NCBI GenBank assembly: GCA_951406725.2 | Contig: OX597838.1 | Coordinates: 3,968,001 to 4,032,000 of the forward strand | Direction of reading: 5' to 3' | DNA: 64,000 nt | Source: Octopus vulgaris | Lineage: Eukaryota | Shown: in pieces, positions 1 to 13,239 of the stretch | Layout of the letters: each line of letters starts with the position of its first letter | Position numbering within the stretch: position 1 is the stretch's first letter | The notes under the pieces: generated by a model | The model's database searches: none | What the model was told of the DNA's origin: nothing | Seen by the model: the letters and a program-made list of their open reading frames with translations, nothing else | Program-made: the position numbers and the translations under genes

Positions 1-181
1 AACCCGTATAATTTAATGCTTTAGTTCCTAATATCTAAATGTGATCAAAAACTCTCAAAAATGAGAAATGAAAAACACGAAACGATTCCTTGAAAAAAAA
101 AAAAAAAAAGCTTGCTCCTAGGAACTTCATGCACAGAACCACCATTGCAAGCGAACTTTGGAATATGTTTTAAATCACTCA

Positions 182-247
<66 letters not shown>

Positions 248-447
248 CACGACCGCAAGCACGCGTATGTACAGTCAAAGGTTATCTCTAAAATTAGGAA
301 TGGTGTATTTTTCTATTCGTCTCTATTTTATATCTAATTTTCGAAAAACAGAATTTTATGTGGTTCCCTTCGTCATCTTCCCCCACCCTCACTCTTTGTA
401 TCTAGCTCTCTTTCTCTCCGTATGTTATTGAATTTTACAATTTCCAT

Positions 448-598
448 AGGTGCAGGTGTATTAGGTGGCAAGAAGTCTCCTTCCCAACCACATGGTTCTG
501 GGTTCAGTCCCACCACATGGTATCTTGGCCAAGTGTCTTCTACTATAGCTTTGTGTGTGGATTTGGTAGACGGAAACTGAAAGAAACCCGCCGTATAT
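448..598 (+). mobile_element. SINE family A, degenerate 5' half
   Basis: Matches the head of the full copies (CCAACCACATGGTTC..GGTTCAGTCCCA..CTTGGCCAAGTGTCTTCTACTATAGC..GGATTTGGTAGACGGAAACTGAAAGAA) and then runs into (TA)n. Confidence 0.8.
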
Positions 599-735
599 AA
601 ATGTAATGCATATATATATGTATATATATATACACACACACACATATACATATATATATATATTTATATATCATAATGTGTGTGTGTATATATATATATA
701 TGTATATTTAATGTGAGTATGTATTTTATATAATG

Positions 736-788
<53 letters not shown>

Positions 789-790
<2 letters not shown>

Positions 791-972
791 GAAATGGTAA
801 GACAACAAAAGAATGAAAGAGACCTCGATGTTATGTAAATAGAGGAATTTATCTGTAAATATAAAAATGTGACAATTATTCGGTAGCCAAGATAAAACTC
901 CGAGTTTCTGCCCCGACATCCGAAACTCGGAGTTTTATCATGGCTACCGAATAATTGTCACATATTATATTT
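789..972. mobile_element. Penelope-like terminal-repeat fragment with fold-back inversion
   Basis: 789-908 is near-identical to 47630-47750. Arms 867-908 and 922-963 form an inverted repeat with one mismatch. The fragment is embedded in (TA)n. Confidence 0.6.
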
Positions 973-991
973 AGATATATATATATGTATA

Positions 992-1050
<59 letters not shown>

Positions 1051-1252
1051 TACAAAATTAGAGAATGGAGAAACATACTTAAATCAGTAAAACATCAACT
1101 ATCCGATGATACTCAATCCATACTTTAATACACCATTACATATGAGTAAAGGCAATATATAAAATGAAAAGAGATATACAGTAATAGTAAAAGTAAAAAG
1201 ATAAAGAGATATAAGTAAAAGATTTCAAATATAATATGCAAATAAATCAAAA

Positions 1253-1360
1253 CTGACAGCTGTTTCGGCAGTGAGGACAGTCATACCTCATTTAACCTAT
1301 AAGCCATAAAGGCAGGTATAAATGAGGCATTAACAAGGATGCCCCACGGCCTCTTCAGAG
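1253..1360 (-). ncRNA. Hammerhead ribozyme motif, minimal type I with long stem II
   Basis: Minus strand reads CU-CUGAAGA-GGCCGUGGGG...CCUCACUGCC-GAAA-CAGCU-GUC-AG. Stem III ACAGCUGU is palindromic; stem I is only 2 bp. Confidence 0.65.
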
Positions 1361-1486
1361 AATTAAATTAAATTTGTTATAATAGTGAAAAATATTATAT
1401 ATTTTGTTGGGTACCTATCTAGCAGTATATTGGATATATATTATCCCATGGTGGGTTGAATTTTCAACCCCTATCTCATTTTATAA

Positions 1487-1546
<60 letters not shown>

Positions 1547-1828
1547 ACAATATTCTTCCCAGTGAAAAGGACGCCAGGGGGCCGCAGGGGCGGGGCGTAT
1601 TTTAAATAGATTAGTCCTGACTGAGGAGACCTTTGACCAAAGGCGTTCCAGATGTGACCACCCCGTGCCAGTTTTATATCTAGGACAACGTGGTGCAATA
1701 TTATTTCATTCTTTTATAGTTTGAAAGTGTTAACTGCTTTGTCAAGGTGAAATGTCAGCGAGGGAGACAACATATGGTTTATTAACTTGTGATGTGAAAG
1801 AAAGAATTTTCAACAAAAATAATAGCAC

Positions 1829-1829
<1 letters not shown>

Positions 1830-1894
<65 letters not shown>

Positions 1895-1900
1895 CAATAA

Positions 1901-1989
<89 letters not shown>

Positions 1990-1996
1990 ACAATAA

Positions 1997-2045
<49 letters not shown>

Positions 2046-2075
2046 CATTATTATTATTATTGATATAAATATTAT
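1830..2075. repeat. (AAT)n followed by (TTA)n microsatellite
   Basis: Directly visible; orientation switches at AACAATAATTGTT. Confidence 0.95.
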
Positions 2076-2134
2076 TATTATTATGTTTTCTTTGTTTGCC
2101 ACCAGGGCGACGTATGAGGTGGTAGAATAATAAA

Positions 2135-2206
<72 letters not shown>

Positions 2207-2276
2207 TATTTTTTCATTTGCCACCAGGGTGAAGGGAAACATACAAAGATAGACAGACAGACAGACATAGATACAC

Positions 2277-2375
<99 letters not shown>

Positions 2376-2424
2376 AAAAAATCATACACATGCACAGACA
2401 AACAGACAGACAGATAAGCAGAGA

Positions 2425-2758
2425 TTCATGCTGCGACATCGTCTGCGAGCCAGACAGACAAACAGACAACAGATAATGGCAGACAGGCAGACAGGCAGAT
2501 AGCCAGACATTAAACAAGACACGATGACATCCGGCCCGACAGCCCGACAGCCCGACAGCCAGACAGCCGGATGGCCAGACAGACAGTCAAACGGCCAGAC
2601 AGTCGATCAGTCAGACATACAAGATGATGGACCACTAATTAAAATGTAACAATTAACTGCTGCCAATCTGGTTAACAGTTATTCTTTATTCTGTCGGATT
2701 GAGTTCTCTATTGAAACGTCTAAATGCCAACTTCTGTAGATCTTCAGACAATTGTACA
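2425..2758. repeat. Left arm of a ~320-bp inverted duplication
   Basis: Reverse complement of 4188-4495, e.g. GAAACGTCTAAATGCCAACTTCTGTAGATCTTCAGACAATTGTACA. Confidence 0.9.
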
Positions 2759-2903
2759 AAAATATGGTTAAAAATATTGCAAAGACTAGGTCTATATAAA
2801 CAATGCAATCGAAGATAAAGGAATATAGGTAAAGGAAATATATACATATTTCAGGAACAATTGCTCCTTCATCATGTCCATTAACCAGCCGGTGGCAGTG
2901 TTA

Positions 2904-2955
<52 letters not shown>

Positions 2956-3202
2956 CAGTAGTAGGAGGAGGAGGTGGTGGTGGTGATGACAAAAAAACAA
3001 CGATTTGTTTAATTGGATCACAAGGGCCCCTAATCTTAGACGTTGGAGACGACAGACAAAACGCGAAGCAAAAAGGGAAATGACGGTGAAATTGTGTCGA
3101 GATTTCCATGGAGCGAGAAAAACAAGGGCGAGTGGGAGGACGGAGATCAAATAAACAATAGAGACACGTTTATAAATTGGCAGCAGCAGCAGCAGCAGTA
3201 GC

Positions 3203-3254
<52 letters not shown>

Positions 3255-3579
3255 ACAATACTAATAATAATCTCCTATACGTCCTTCTCTTATAATAATA
3301 ATAATGATGATGATGATGATGATAGGGAACAAACAAAATATGAAAGGGAACAGATCCCCTGCCGATTCTGTTTGGTCCCCGATTCTGTCCCTTAAAGCAT
3401 TCTCTCCCAAGACCCGCCCAGCAAAATCAAAAAGAACTATGTGGAGGGATCAATGATCAAATATTGGTTAACAGGGGTGGGCGAAAATGGAGAAGAACTG
3501 TCAAATCAAAGACGATTTATTATTTTTTTTCTTGACAAGCAATATACATGACATATATAGAATATATTTATGTGCACAC

Positions 3580-3658
<79 letters not shown>

Positions 3659-3906
3659 TATACATATATATACATACACATAAATATATATACACATATA
3701 CAAATACACACACACATACATACATACATATATATATATATATATGTATGTATGTATGTATATATATATATATATATAATACATATGCATATATATAATG
3801 CACACACAAATACATATATATATACACACACACAAACACACACATATATATATGTACATGTCTGTCTGTGTATATGTGTGTATAGAATATTATGCATCAT
3901 ATATAC

Positions 3907-3961
<55 letters not shown>

Positions 3962-4187
3962 GTCTTATATGTATATATTTATTTTTGTATGTCAGCATTT
4001 CTATATATATATATATGTATACACACACACACACACACACATACATATATTATACAAGTGTAGAGTGGGGGAGAGGAAAACACCAATAATAACAGAAATA
4101 TTTTTTTATTATTTTATTATTTATTTTTGGGTCTTTTTTATTCAAGAGTATTTTCATGTTTTCACGGTTTTTTGTTTGTTTTTTTAA

Positions 4188-4495
4188 TGTACAATTGTCT
4201 GAAGATCTACAGAAGTTGGCATTTAGACGTTTCAATAGAGAACTCAATCAGAGAGAATAAAGAATAACTGTTAACCAGATTGGCAGCAGTTAATTGTTAC
4301 ATTATAATTAGTGGTCCATCATCTTGTATGTCTGACTGATCGACTGTCTGGCTGTTTGACTGTCTGCCTGGCCATCCGGCTGTCTGGCTGTCGGGCCGGA
4401 TGTCAGCCTGTCTTGTGTGATGTCTGGCTATCTGCCTGTCTGCCATTATGTGTCGTCTGCCTTGTTTGCTTCGCAGACGATATCGCTGCGTGACT
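4188..4495. repeat. Right arm of a ~320-bp inverted duplication
   Basis: TGTACAATTGTCTGAAGATCTACAGAAGTTGGCATTTAGACGTTTC... is the reverse complement of the left arm. Confidence 0.9.
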
Positions 4496-4604
4496 GTCTG
4501 TCTGTCTGTCTCACTGATCGTTTGAACGTGTATGCTTGTTCGAGCGTGCCTGCTTGCGTTCGTGCCTGCTTGCGTTCGTGCGTGCATGTGTGTGCGCGTT
4601 TGTT

Positions 4605-5101
<497 letters not shown>

Positions 5102-5305
5102 GTCTGTGTTTGCCTTTCAAGTGCTGTGTTTTTACTGAGATCCCCCTTTTAGTAGAAGGAATAGCTATATCTCTTTGACTGCTATTTCTAAATTCGGTGT
5201 GTTGGTGAGGCAATTCGTTGCTAAACCCTTAATTACTTAGTATTACTTATATACACATATATATATACACACACACAGACACACACACATATATATAAGT
5301 ATATA

Positions 5306-5356
<51 letters not shown>

Positions 5357-5428
5357 GTATATATATGTATATATATATGTATATATATGTAATATATATA
5401 TATATATATGTGTATATATATATCTAAA

Positions 5429-5485
<57 letters not shown>

Positions 5486-5492
<7 letters not shown>

Positions 5493-5558
5493 TGGCCCAA
5501 TGGATAAGGCACTGGCTTCCTAAGCCGGGGTTTGCGGGTTCCAGTCTCGTCGCAGGTA
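5486..5558 (+). pseudogene. tRNA-Arg(CCT)-like pseudogene
   Basis: TGGCCCAATGGATAAGG (D arm), CTGGCTTCCTAAGCCGG (anticodon CCT at 5519-5521) and GCGGGTTCCAGTCTCGT (mutated T arm). The 5' acceptor strand is replaced by (CA)n. Confidence 0.75.
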
Positions 5559-5572
5559 TATGAAATATTTTT

Positions 5573-5992
5573 AGGCGTAGGAGTGGCTGTGTGGTAAGTA
5601 GCTTGCTTACCAACCACATGGTTCCGGGTTCAGTCCCACTGCGTGGCAGCTTGGCCAAGTGTCTTCTACTATAGCCTCGGGCCGATCAAGGCCTTGTGAG
5701 TGGATTTGGTAGACGGAAACTGAAAGAAGCCCGTCGCATATATGTATATATGTATGTATGTATGTATGTGTGTGTATATGTTTGTGTGTCTGTGTCTTTG
5801 TCCCCCAACATCGCTTGATAACCGATGGTGGTGTGTTTACGTCCCCGTAACTTAGGGGTTCGGCAAAAGAGACCGATAGTATAAGTACTAGGCTTACAAA
5901 GAATAAGTCCTGGGGTCGATTTGCTCGACTAAAGGCGGCGCTCTAGCATGGCCACAGTCAAATGACTGAAACAAGTAAAAGAGTAAAAGAGT
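5573..5992 (+). mobile_element. SINE family A, full length with internal microsatellite
   Basis: tRNA-like head (TGGCTGTGTGG..GGTTCAGTCCC), internal (TA)/(TG) tract and (GTAAAAGA)n tail; many copies in the window. Confidence 0.9.
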
Positions 5993-7124
5993 ATATGTGT
6001 GTCTGTATGTGTGTGAGTGTGTGTTCGTACGTGTGTGTGCTCCAGCGAGCATGTGCGCGCACGAGCCTGTCTCGCCCTCTGTATTTAACTAAAAAGGAGT
6101 TGCTAGATGGGTTTCCAAGTTAATGGAGATAATACTTGGAACAAGAGCGACAGGAAAAGTCATAACTGAAAATGTAATTTGGAGTAGGAAAAGATAACAA
6201 TCGTTAATCCGGCTGCTGTTATCCCTTATCCGACATCAAAATTATAGCCTTATTTCTGTTGAACCGAGCACCTAATTATTCCCATGGTGGATTTCGTTGG
6301 AGAGGAATAAAGATGTCGCCGAACGCTGAGGGGCGCTGTCTCTTTTTAGTTGTAATTTATGATGACATTCTCGTTTTGAAATCTCTTGTGGGATTGTTTA
6401 TGTGTGTGGTGTGTGTATGTGGTGTGTGTGTGTATGTTTGAGTTGTGTATGTGTGTGTGAGCATGTTTACATATGCATATATAACTATACATATATATAT
6501 ATTTATATATATGTACACAAACACATATATACACACACAAATACACACACACATACAAATATATATATATACAGATTCATACACACATACTTATATATAC
6601 ATAAATATTTATACACACATACATATACATACACACATACACACGCGCACACAGACAGCGAGATCCATACGCATATGCATTCCTACGTATCTATAGGTTA
6701 ACCATACACCAGGAGCGATGCTCGTGATTACTCAAGGTCCCCAGAGACTAATGATAAAGATATGTTCCTTGTCGTTGTTATTATTGTTTTTATTAGTTGG
6801 TTGCTATTATAGTTGTAATTGCCATTGTTTTCAAACCCTTGTTAACCCTAATCGAACAGACGATCAAAAGCGTTCCAGTGGTGACCATCACAGTTTATAA
6901 ACCGGGGAATCGGAATCTGCGGTGTTCGTCTGTCATGGTTGATCCTGTATCTACACCCGGAACCGAGGGCAATATTTTATTGTTTTATGGAAATCTACCA
7001 GTTTCTCAGCCACGGGTACAACTCTGTCCCCATTGCCGTACCGATGACATTCGTCCAGGAGTATAGCAAAGGCTCAAACAACTTCGTAAGCAGTGTTGTC
7101 TGCAGCAAATGCAGAACATACAGA

Positions 7125-7330
7125 GCCGGATCAAATACCAGAAGGCAGTTTCTGCTAAACGAATCGGGCGATATGTTGTGTCCTTGAGCAGAATTATTTC
7201 ATTTCGCGTTGCTTCAGTCCACTCAGCTGTAAATGGTCAGCTTTGCGACGGACTGGTGTGATCTCTGTCAGTTTATATTGCCATACGAACCGGGTAACCG
7301 GTTCTATGAGTCCTAGGGCTCGGCAGAGTC
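7125..7330 (+). mobile_element. SINE family C, degenerate
   Basis: TGTGTCCTTGAGCA..TTCAGTCCACTCAGCTGTAAATG..GCGACGGACTGG. Confidence 0.6.
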
Positions 7331-7896
7331 CATGAGACTTAATTTCCTCTTTACTTTTATGAAACATCGCTTCTTGTTTTGTAAAGTCTGTCTTAATTCT
7401 TTGAACTCCATTTTATAAAATAACAACTTTCTCTTTCACCTCCCCATCCTCCTCCTTCCCCTCCCCCATTTCTCCTCTTTTTTCCTTTTCCTCTTCTTTC
7501 TCCTCCTCTTCGAATTCTTCTTCCTCCTCCTCCTCCTCTAATTTTCATCCCATCTTCTTCCTGTTCTCTTTCTTCCTTCTACTTCATTCTTCGTTCTTAA
7601 AATTTATTCACGTTCTCTCTTACTTCTTTTCTTTCCTCCGGCTTCAATCTTCTTTCAAAACGTTCTCAATATTCTTTCCCTCTTCTTCTTCGTTATCTTC
7701 TTTCCTCCTCCTCCTCCTTCGTCTCCACCTACTCCTACCCCTCCCCTTCTTCTTCCCTCCCTTCTTTCTTTTCTTTCCATTTAACTCTTCTTAAAATCAT
7801 TTTTTGCAAGTAGAGTGTTTCTCTTGCTTTATCTAAAAACTTACCCAATTTTCGTTCGAAGCCCACCAAGTATCCTTTCTCAAAAAAAAACTGAAC

Positions 7897-7965
<69 letters not shown>

Positions 7966-8276
7966 GCAGCCATACTAAGCGCTATTGCTTTTTTGGTTTC
8001 TAGTGTGTATTCCTGGTTTTTATCTGCTTCTATGTAGGTACTGGTTTTTTTTGGGTTTTTTTTTTGTTCTTTTTCTCTCTTTTACTTGTAATTTTCTTCT
8101 ATAAAAAATGCGTTTTGTACTCTCGAAGCACCCGTTTCTTTCCACGTTTCACAGAAGACATATATCTCCCGCCATTAATTCAACGCCAACTTGATCCTAA
8201 GTGCACCTACAATGTTATTAGTTCATAAATTCTCTTTAACGTCCATCTTTCCGCCAGGATCTCTCTCTGTCCTATT

Positions 8277-8308
<32 letters not shown>

Positions 8309-8359
8309 TGCACTCTCTCTCTCTCTCTCTTTATCTCTGTCTATCTATCTATCTATCTG

Positions 8360-8597
8360 TTTCTTATTTCTTTACTGCCCACAAGGGGCTAAACACAGAG
8401 GGGACGAACAAGGACAGACAAATGGATTAAGTCGATTACATCGACCCCAGTGCGTAACTGGTACTTATTTAATCGACCCCGAAAGGATGAAAGGCAAAAT
8501 CGACCTCAGCGGAATTTGAACTCAGAACGTAACGGCAGACGAAATACCGTTAAGCATTTCGCCTGGCGTGCTAACGCTTCTGCCACCACGCCGCCTT
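8360..8597 (-). mobile_element. SINE family B (central GCCTTTCATCCTTTCGGGGTCGAT..AAGTACCAG block, possibly a Meta-domain SINE)
   Basis: Reverse complement of the copy at 23200-23430; its 3' tail matches the Tx1-like LINE 3' end. Confidence 0.85.
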
Positions 8598-8626
8598 ATC
8601 TGTCTATCTGTCTGTCTGTCTGTCCG

Positions 8627-8657
<31 letters not shown>

Positions 8658-9545
8658 GTCTGCCTATTTATCTATCCATACACACACACACATACATATC
8701 TGTAACTGCCTATCTATCTTTCTGTCTGTCTGTCTCTTTCCTGCTCTCTCTCTCTCTCGCTCTTTCTCTCTCTCTCTCTCTCTCTTTCTATCTATCTATC
8801 TATCTATCTACCTGTTTATATCTATCTGTTTGTGTCTTTGTTTGTCTGTATCCCACCACAATTATTTCTAATTTGCATTTTCACGCTCCATTTATGAAAA
8901 ATGCTAAAATTAACTGAACCATTGTCCTTCTTTCTTTAGCTGAATATTAATTCTAGTAAGTTCTTTTATTACTCCCTGAATTATACACATCGTTGCTTTT
9001 TCGTGTGAATGGTGTCCCTAACCTACCTAACGTTAGGGACTGTGGTTGCTCCCTAACAAAATATATTTAATCTGCTCCCTAACCTCCCGTCACCAATACA
9101 GTATTAACGCATGCAATAGGGGTAAAGATAGAACGGCGTTGACAGAGTAAAAGTTTGTCTCGAGTCACGGGGAATCTTCTGTATATTGAGCAGAGCTACA
9201 GTGTCCAGTATAGCCCCTTGTGGGCTTCTGTTGGTCACTGTCGACCAATCATCTACTCGTGCATTGTGCAACCCTGCACAAAATTTTTTGAAGGAAGACT
9301 TGTATTTTCCCGTGCATGCAGTTCTCCCCCTCTCGACGCCTCTGATGTTTATCCAACGAAAAAGCCATCCATTTGGACCGATACAACCTGCCACCAGGAT
9401 CATTGAACGCGTTATCAGAACTCGAAGAGCTGAAGCAGATGATGGCAGTTCTTCATATCCGAAGATCATGGGGCAGAAAGGGAGCGCCTGCATTCAGAGA
9501 TGAGGCTTCGAGAGCCAGTACCATCTAGTTCCATCCAGTACCTGT

Positions 9546-9685
<140 letters not shown>

Positions 9686-10074
9686 GTCACTGCGGGACTG
9701 TCTGCGCTTAGTAGTTTTAAAGAGAGAGCCAGTTCATACAATCACATCTCACGCTTTAGACTTAGAGATCTGATTACAGTGGCTCAGCGGGCTAAGACGG
9801 CTGTGGTGACCGGCAAGCTGTAAGTGTTCCACTGGAGTGACCTTCTTCTAGAGCTCCACCTATCCTGGATATGCCGGAAGGGTCTCAAAAGGGGCACTGG
9901 ACAGTCTGAGGGAATCCATTCTTTGATATGCTGTTGAGGTTAACTCCCCTTAGATTTTTCTCTTCTCGCCGCACTCACAAAGCAGTGAGTGTTTGTGCTT
10001 GTGTCAAGAGATACAAGAACAGAATTGAATAGTTCAAACAAACAAAAAAAAAAAAGCTGCTCAAAACAGACCAA

Positions 10075-10695
10075 AGTAGATTCTACTAAATGGAGACGTT
10101 ACAATGAACGTACGCATACCAAGGAAGAGACAAAGGAATTCTGGAGAAACATTTGGAGCCACGAAGTGAAACATAATGGCGATGTTTAAAAAAATATGTG
10201 CAAATAACGTAGACTTAACAAAGATCACAGGAGAAAAGCTAATAAATGACTTGAAAGGAAAACCAAAGTGGAAATCTCCTGAAACAGATTTAGCCCAGGG
10301 ATTTTGGCTGAAACATTTCACTGCGCTTCATGATAGAATGAGAACACAACTAAATAGTTGTTTTGGAACAGGAGATATTCCTGAAAGGATTACGAAAGGC
10401 AGGACGGTTCTAATATAGAAAGATCAAAAGAAAAGAAATAGTGCAAGTAACTACCGACCAATAACTTGCCTTCCACCGATGTGGAGGTTACTAACAAGGT
10501 GTTATTGCAAAGGATATAAATGTGTATCTTCAGGAGAGTGTTCTGCTACCAGAAGAACAGAAAGGATGTAGAAAAAGTTCCAAAGAGACAAACGACTTAT
10601 CGAATATATGTCAGCAAGTTCTCCGAGGGGCCAACAGTAGGAAGAAAATCCTAGCAACAGCCTGGATCAATTACCAAAAGGCATATGACAGTGTG
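10075..10695 (+). mobile_element. R4/Dong-type non-LTR retrotransposon RT fragment, disrupted
   Basis: Translations include FWRNIW, WKSP..GFWLK, GRTVLI*K, NYRPITCLP, EEQKGCR and AWINYQKAYDSV (early RT motifs), with stops and frameshifts. Confidence 0.85.
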
Positions 10696-10860
10696 GCACA
10701 AGGCCACAATTTTGGGAGTGGAGGTAAGTCTATTACATCGACTCCAGTTTTCAACTGTTATTTATTTTATCGACCCCAAAAGGACGAAAAGCAAAATCGA
10801 CCTCAGAACGTAAAGACGGACGAAATACCTTAAGCATTTTGTTCGTCGATTCAGCCATCT
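10696..10860 (-). mobile_element. SINE family B, degenerate; truncates the RT fragment
   Basis: TTATCGACCCCAAAAGGACGAAAAGCAAAATCGACCTCAGAACGTAAAGACGGACGAAATACC. Confidence 0.75.
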
Positions 10861-11292
10861 TAACCAAAATTCTTTGTATTGCTAATCAGTTCTTTATTGG
10901 CCGAAGGGAGATGGACAGTGTGTATGTCAGATATTACACAGACAAATTATATAAACGGAGTCTGGGTGGAGACTACATAAATCGCAGGGAGACGGATATT
11001 AATATGATTTATTGATATTTCGGTATCACCGACATGTACATCCTGTCGTTCAATGCGCATGTCAAGTAATTTCCTCTCTCACTTCCGCTTGCGTGACAAG
11101 GAAAGAAAATGGACACAGATCCCACCCATATATGTGACAGAGAAACAATAGGTGGCGCTGTTAGGAGACAAGGAGAGGAAGAATAAAACGATAATTCTGC
11201 GTAATTCGTAGCTGTGTGTGTGCGTGTGCATGTGTGCGTGTGCATGAATGTATATGTGTGTGTGTATATGTATACGTATATATGTATGTATT

Positions 11293-11337
<45 letters not shown>

Positions 11338-12010
11338 CGCTTCAAGACTAAACGTGTATACGTCTGCGTGTGTCTGTAGTGGATTGTATATACAGAGACA
11401 GAGCCAAATTCACAGACATATACAGCTTTTAATCTTTTTTCTTTATCTTTGCACCTGCTTCAGTCGCTGGGCTGCGGCCATGCTGGAGCACCGCCATGAG
11501 TGTGTATTTGTATTTTATGGTTATTCCTGATCATGTATACTGACGCATCGGCGAGGTGTTCATAAATTTTCTTTACAACTCCCACAATTTGTTTGTATCT
11601 TTTGCAGTTGAAATCCGTCATTCAACATCTTTGCAACCGATGGAGCCGACTTGGAAGTGGCCTGAAGTTTATTATAAGACTTTAGTTGTTTGCCCATATT
11701 TTCCAATAAATTTTGCCGAGTTGCTCTTATTTCTCGCTTTTTACCGAATTTTTCAAATTGTAAAGGTAATTGTGTGTGTGTGTATGTAAATATACAAATA
11801 TACATGCATACATATTTATGTATAACTTTATGTATGTATGTATATGTGTATATGTGTGTGTGCATGTGTGTGTGTGTGTGTTTGTGTTTGTATGTATATA
11901 ACTGCATATAAATATGTATGTTTGTATGTACGAATATATATATATATATATAATACAAAAACAAAGCGCACTCTATATATTTGTGTGTGTGTGTGTGTGC
12001 GTGTGTGTGT

Positions 12011-12073
<63 letters not shown>

Positions 12074-12169
12074 TATCTGCATGCCTGTACACACGCATAC
12101 GTTCAAGAATGAAAAGCTGTTATGCACGCATGATTACTCGCTGCAAGTAAAACAGCTCTCCATCCCCAC

Positions 12170-12218
<49 letters not shown>

Positions 12219-12357
12219 CACACACACACACACACACACGTGTAAAATATACACAGCGAATTTTCTCCCAAGTGAGATGGCAGACATTACGTAAAGGGGT
12301 TTTTGTCATTGGTGACAAATGGTAACAGATTGTTGCGTTTACGAAACAATCTGCATC

Positions 12358-12389
<32 letters not shown>

Positions 12390-12499
12390 CATCATCATCT
12401 TCTTCTTTATCATCATTACCAACATCATCATTATCACTGTCATCATCGTCATCATTGGTGTCGTTGTCGTCGTCCTATTCCCATGTCTTTAGCATATGG

Positions 12500-13065
12500 T
12501 TTCTTCACCCCTATTGTTGAACTGCCTGAGAAAGCTGTTGAAAATTGGCGGGCAAGACAAGGTCCCAGACACGAAGGTCCTCTCCTGAGCTGATCTGCCA
12601 AGCATTTACTCATTGCTGAGGAGAGCACAGGTCAGCTGGGCAGGCCCTTTGCTCGAATGCCTGACACACGACTCCCCACGAGACTGTTTTACAGCGAACT
12701 GGCAAAGGGCAAGTGCACACAAGGCGGAGAGAAAAAGCACTTCAAGAAAACACTCAGAGGTCACTGAAGTACTTTACGATCAACCCCGACACTTGGGAAA
12801 TACAAGCACAGGGCCGCCCTGCCTGGCGAAGCTGCACTAACAGAGCTACCACCTCCTACGAACAGAACAGGATTCTATGAGGACAAAGTAAGCGTGAACT
12901 GAGCAAGTCCATAACTAACTCCTTGCCTTTGGTCCAAGCTGACCACCACTGTGGCAGAACTTTCCGAGCATGCATCGGATTAATCGGCCACTGCTGGACA
13001 CACTGTGGCCCATCTTATTCTCCCATGAGATGTCCCTGGTCATCGTCGACAACGACGGACGAACA
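12500..13065 (+). mobile_element. RTE/BovB-type LINE 3' fragment
   Basis: Stitched frames give CLRKLLKI..QDKVPDT..LPSI..LLRRAQ.SWAG..RMPDTRLP.RLFYSELAKG and a C-terminal CGRTF..IGLIGH zinc-finger-like motif. Confidence 0.85.
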
Positions 13066-13239
13066 TTGTTATTGTTATTATTATGTTGTTTACTTTCAAT
13101 CTGTAAGTTTGTTGCAATCCCTTACCGAGACAAACCCAGCGCCCTTGGCCAAGTAAAGGTTAAGAGATATTAGAATGTGACTGAAAGCCTAGGGAGAGTA
13201 AGTGGCAAGGGCAGTAGCGAAATGTTATAGTATTGCTGT

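Noticed and set aside
1600-1700. CTGAGGA followed by a hairpin, as a possible hammerhead
   Set aside because: There is no GAAA or cleavage triplet, and the segment matches an old dispersed repeat also seen near 6830, 19260 and 50375.
4199-4255. CTGAAGA (plus) and GAAACGTC (minus) in the inverted-duplication arm
   Set aside because: The core halves are on opposite strands or lack a stem II, so no consistent hammerhead fold results.
9104-9503. Overlapping ORFs with faint RT-like words (PQG, YSPLW)
   Set aside because: The motifs fall on different strands and frames and are too weak to assign; this may be a very old LINE remnant.
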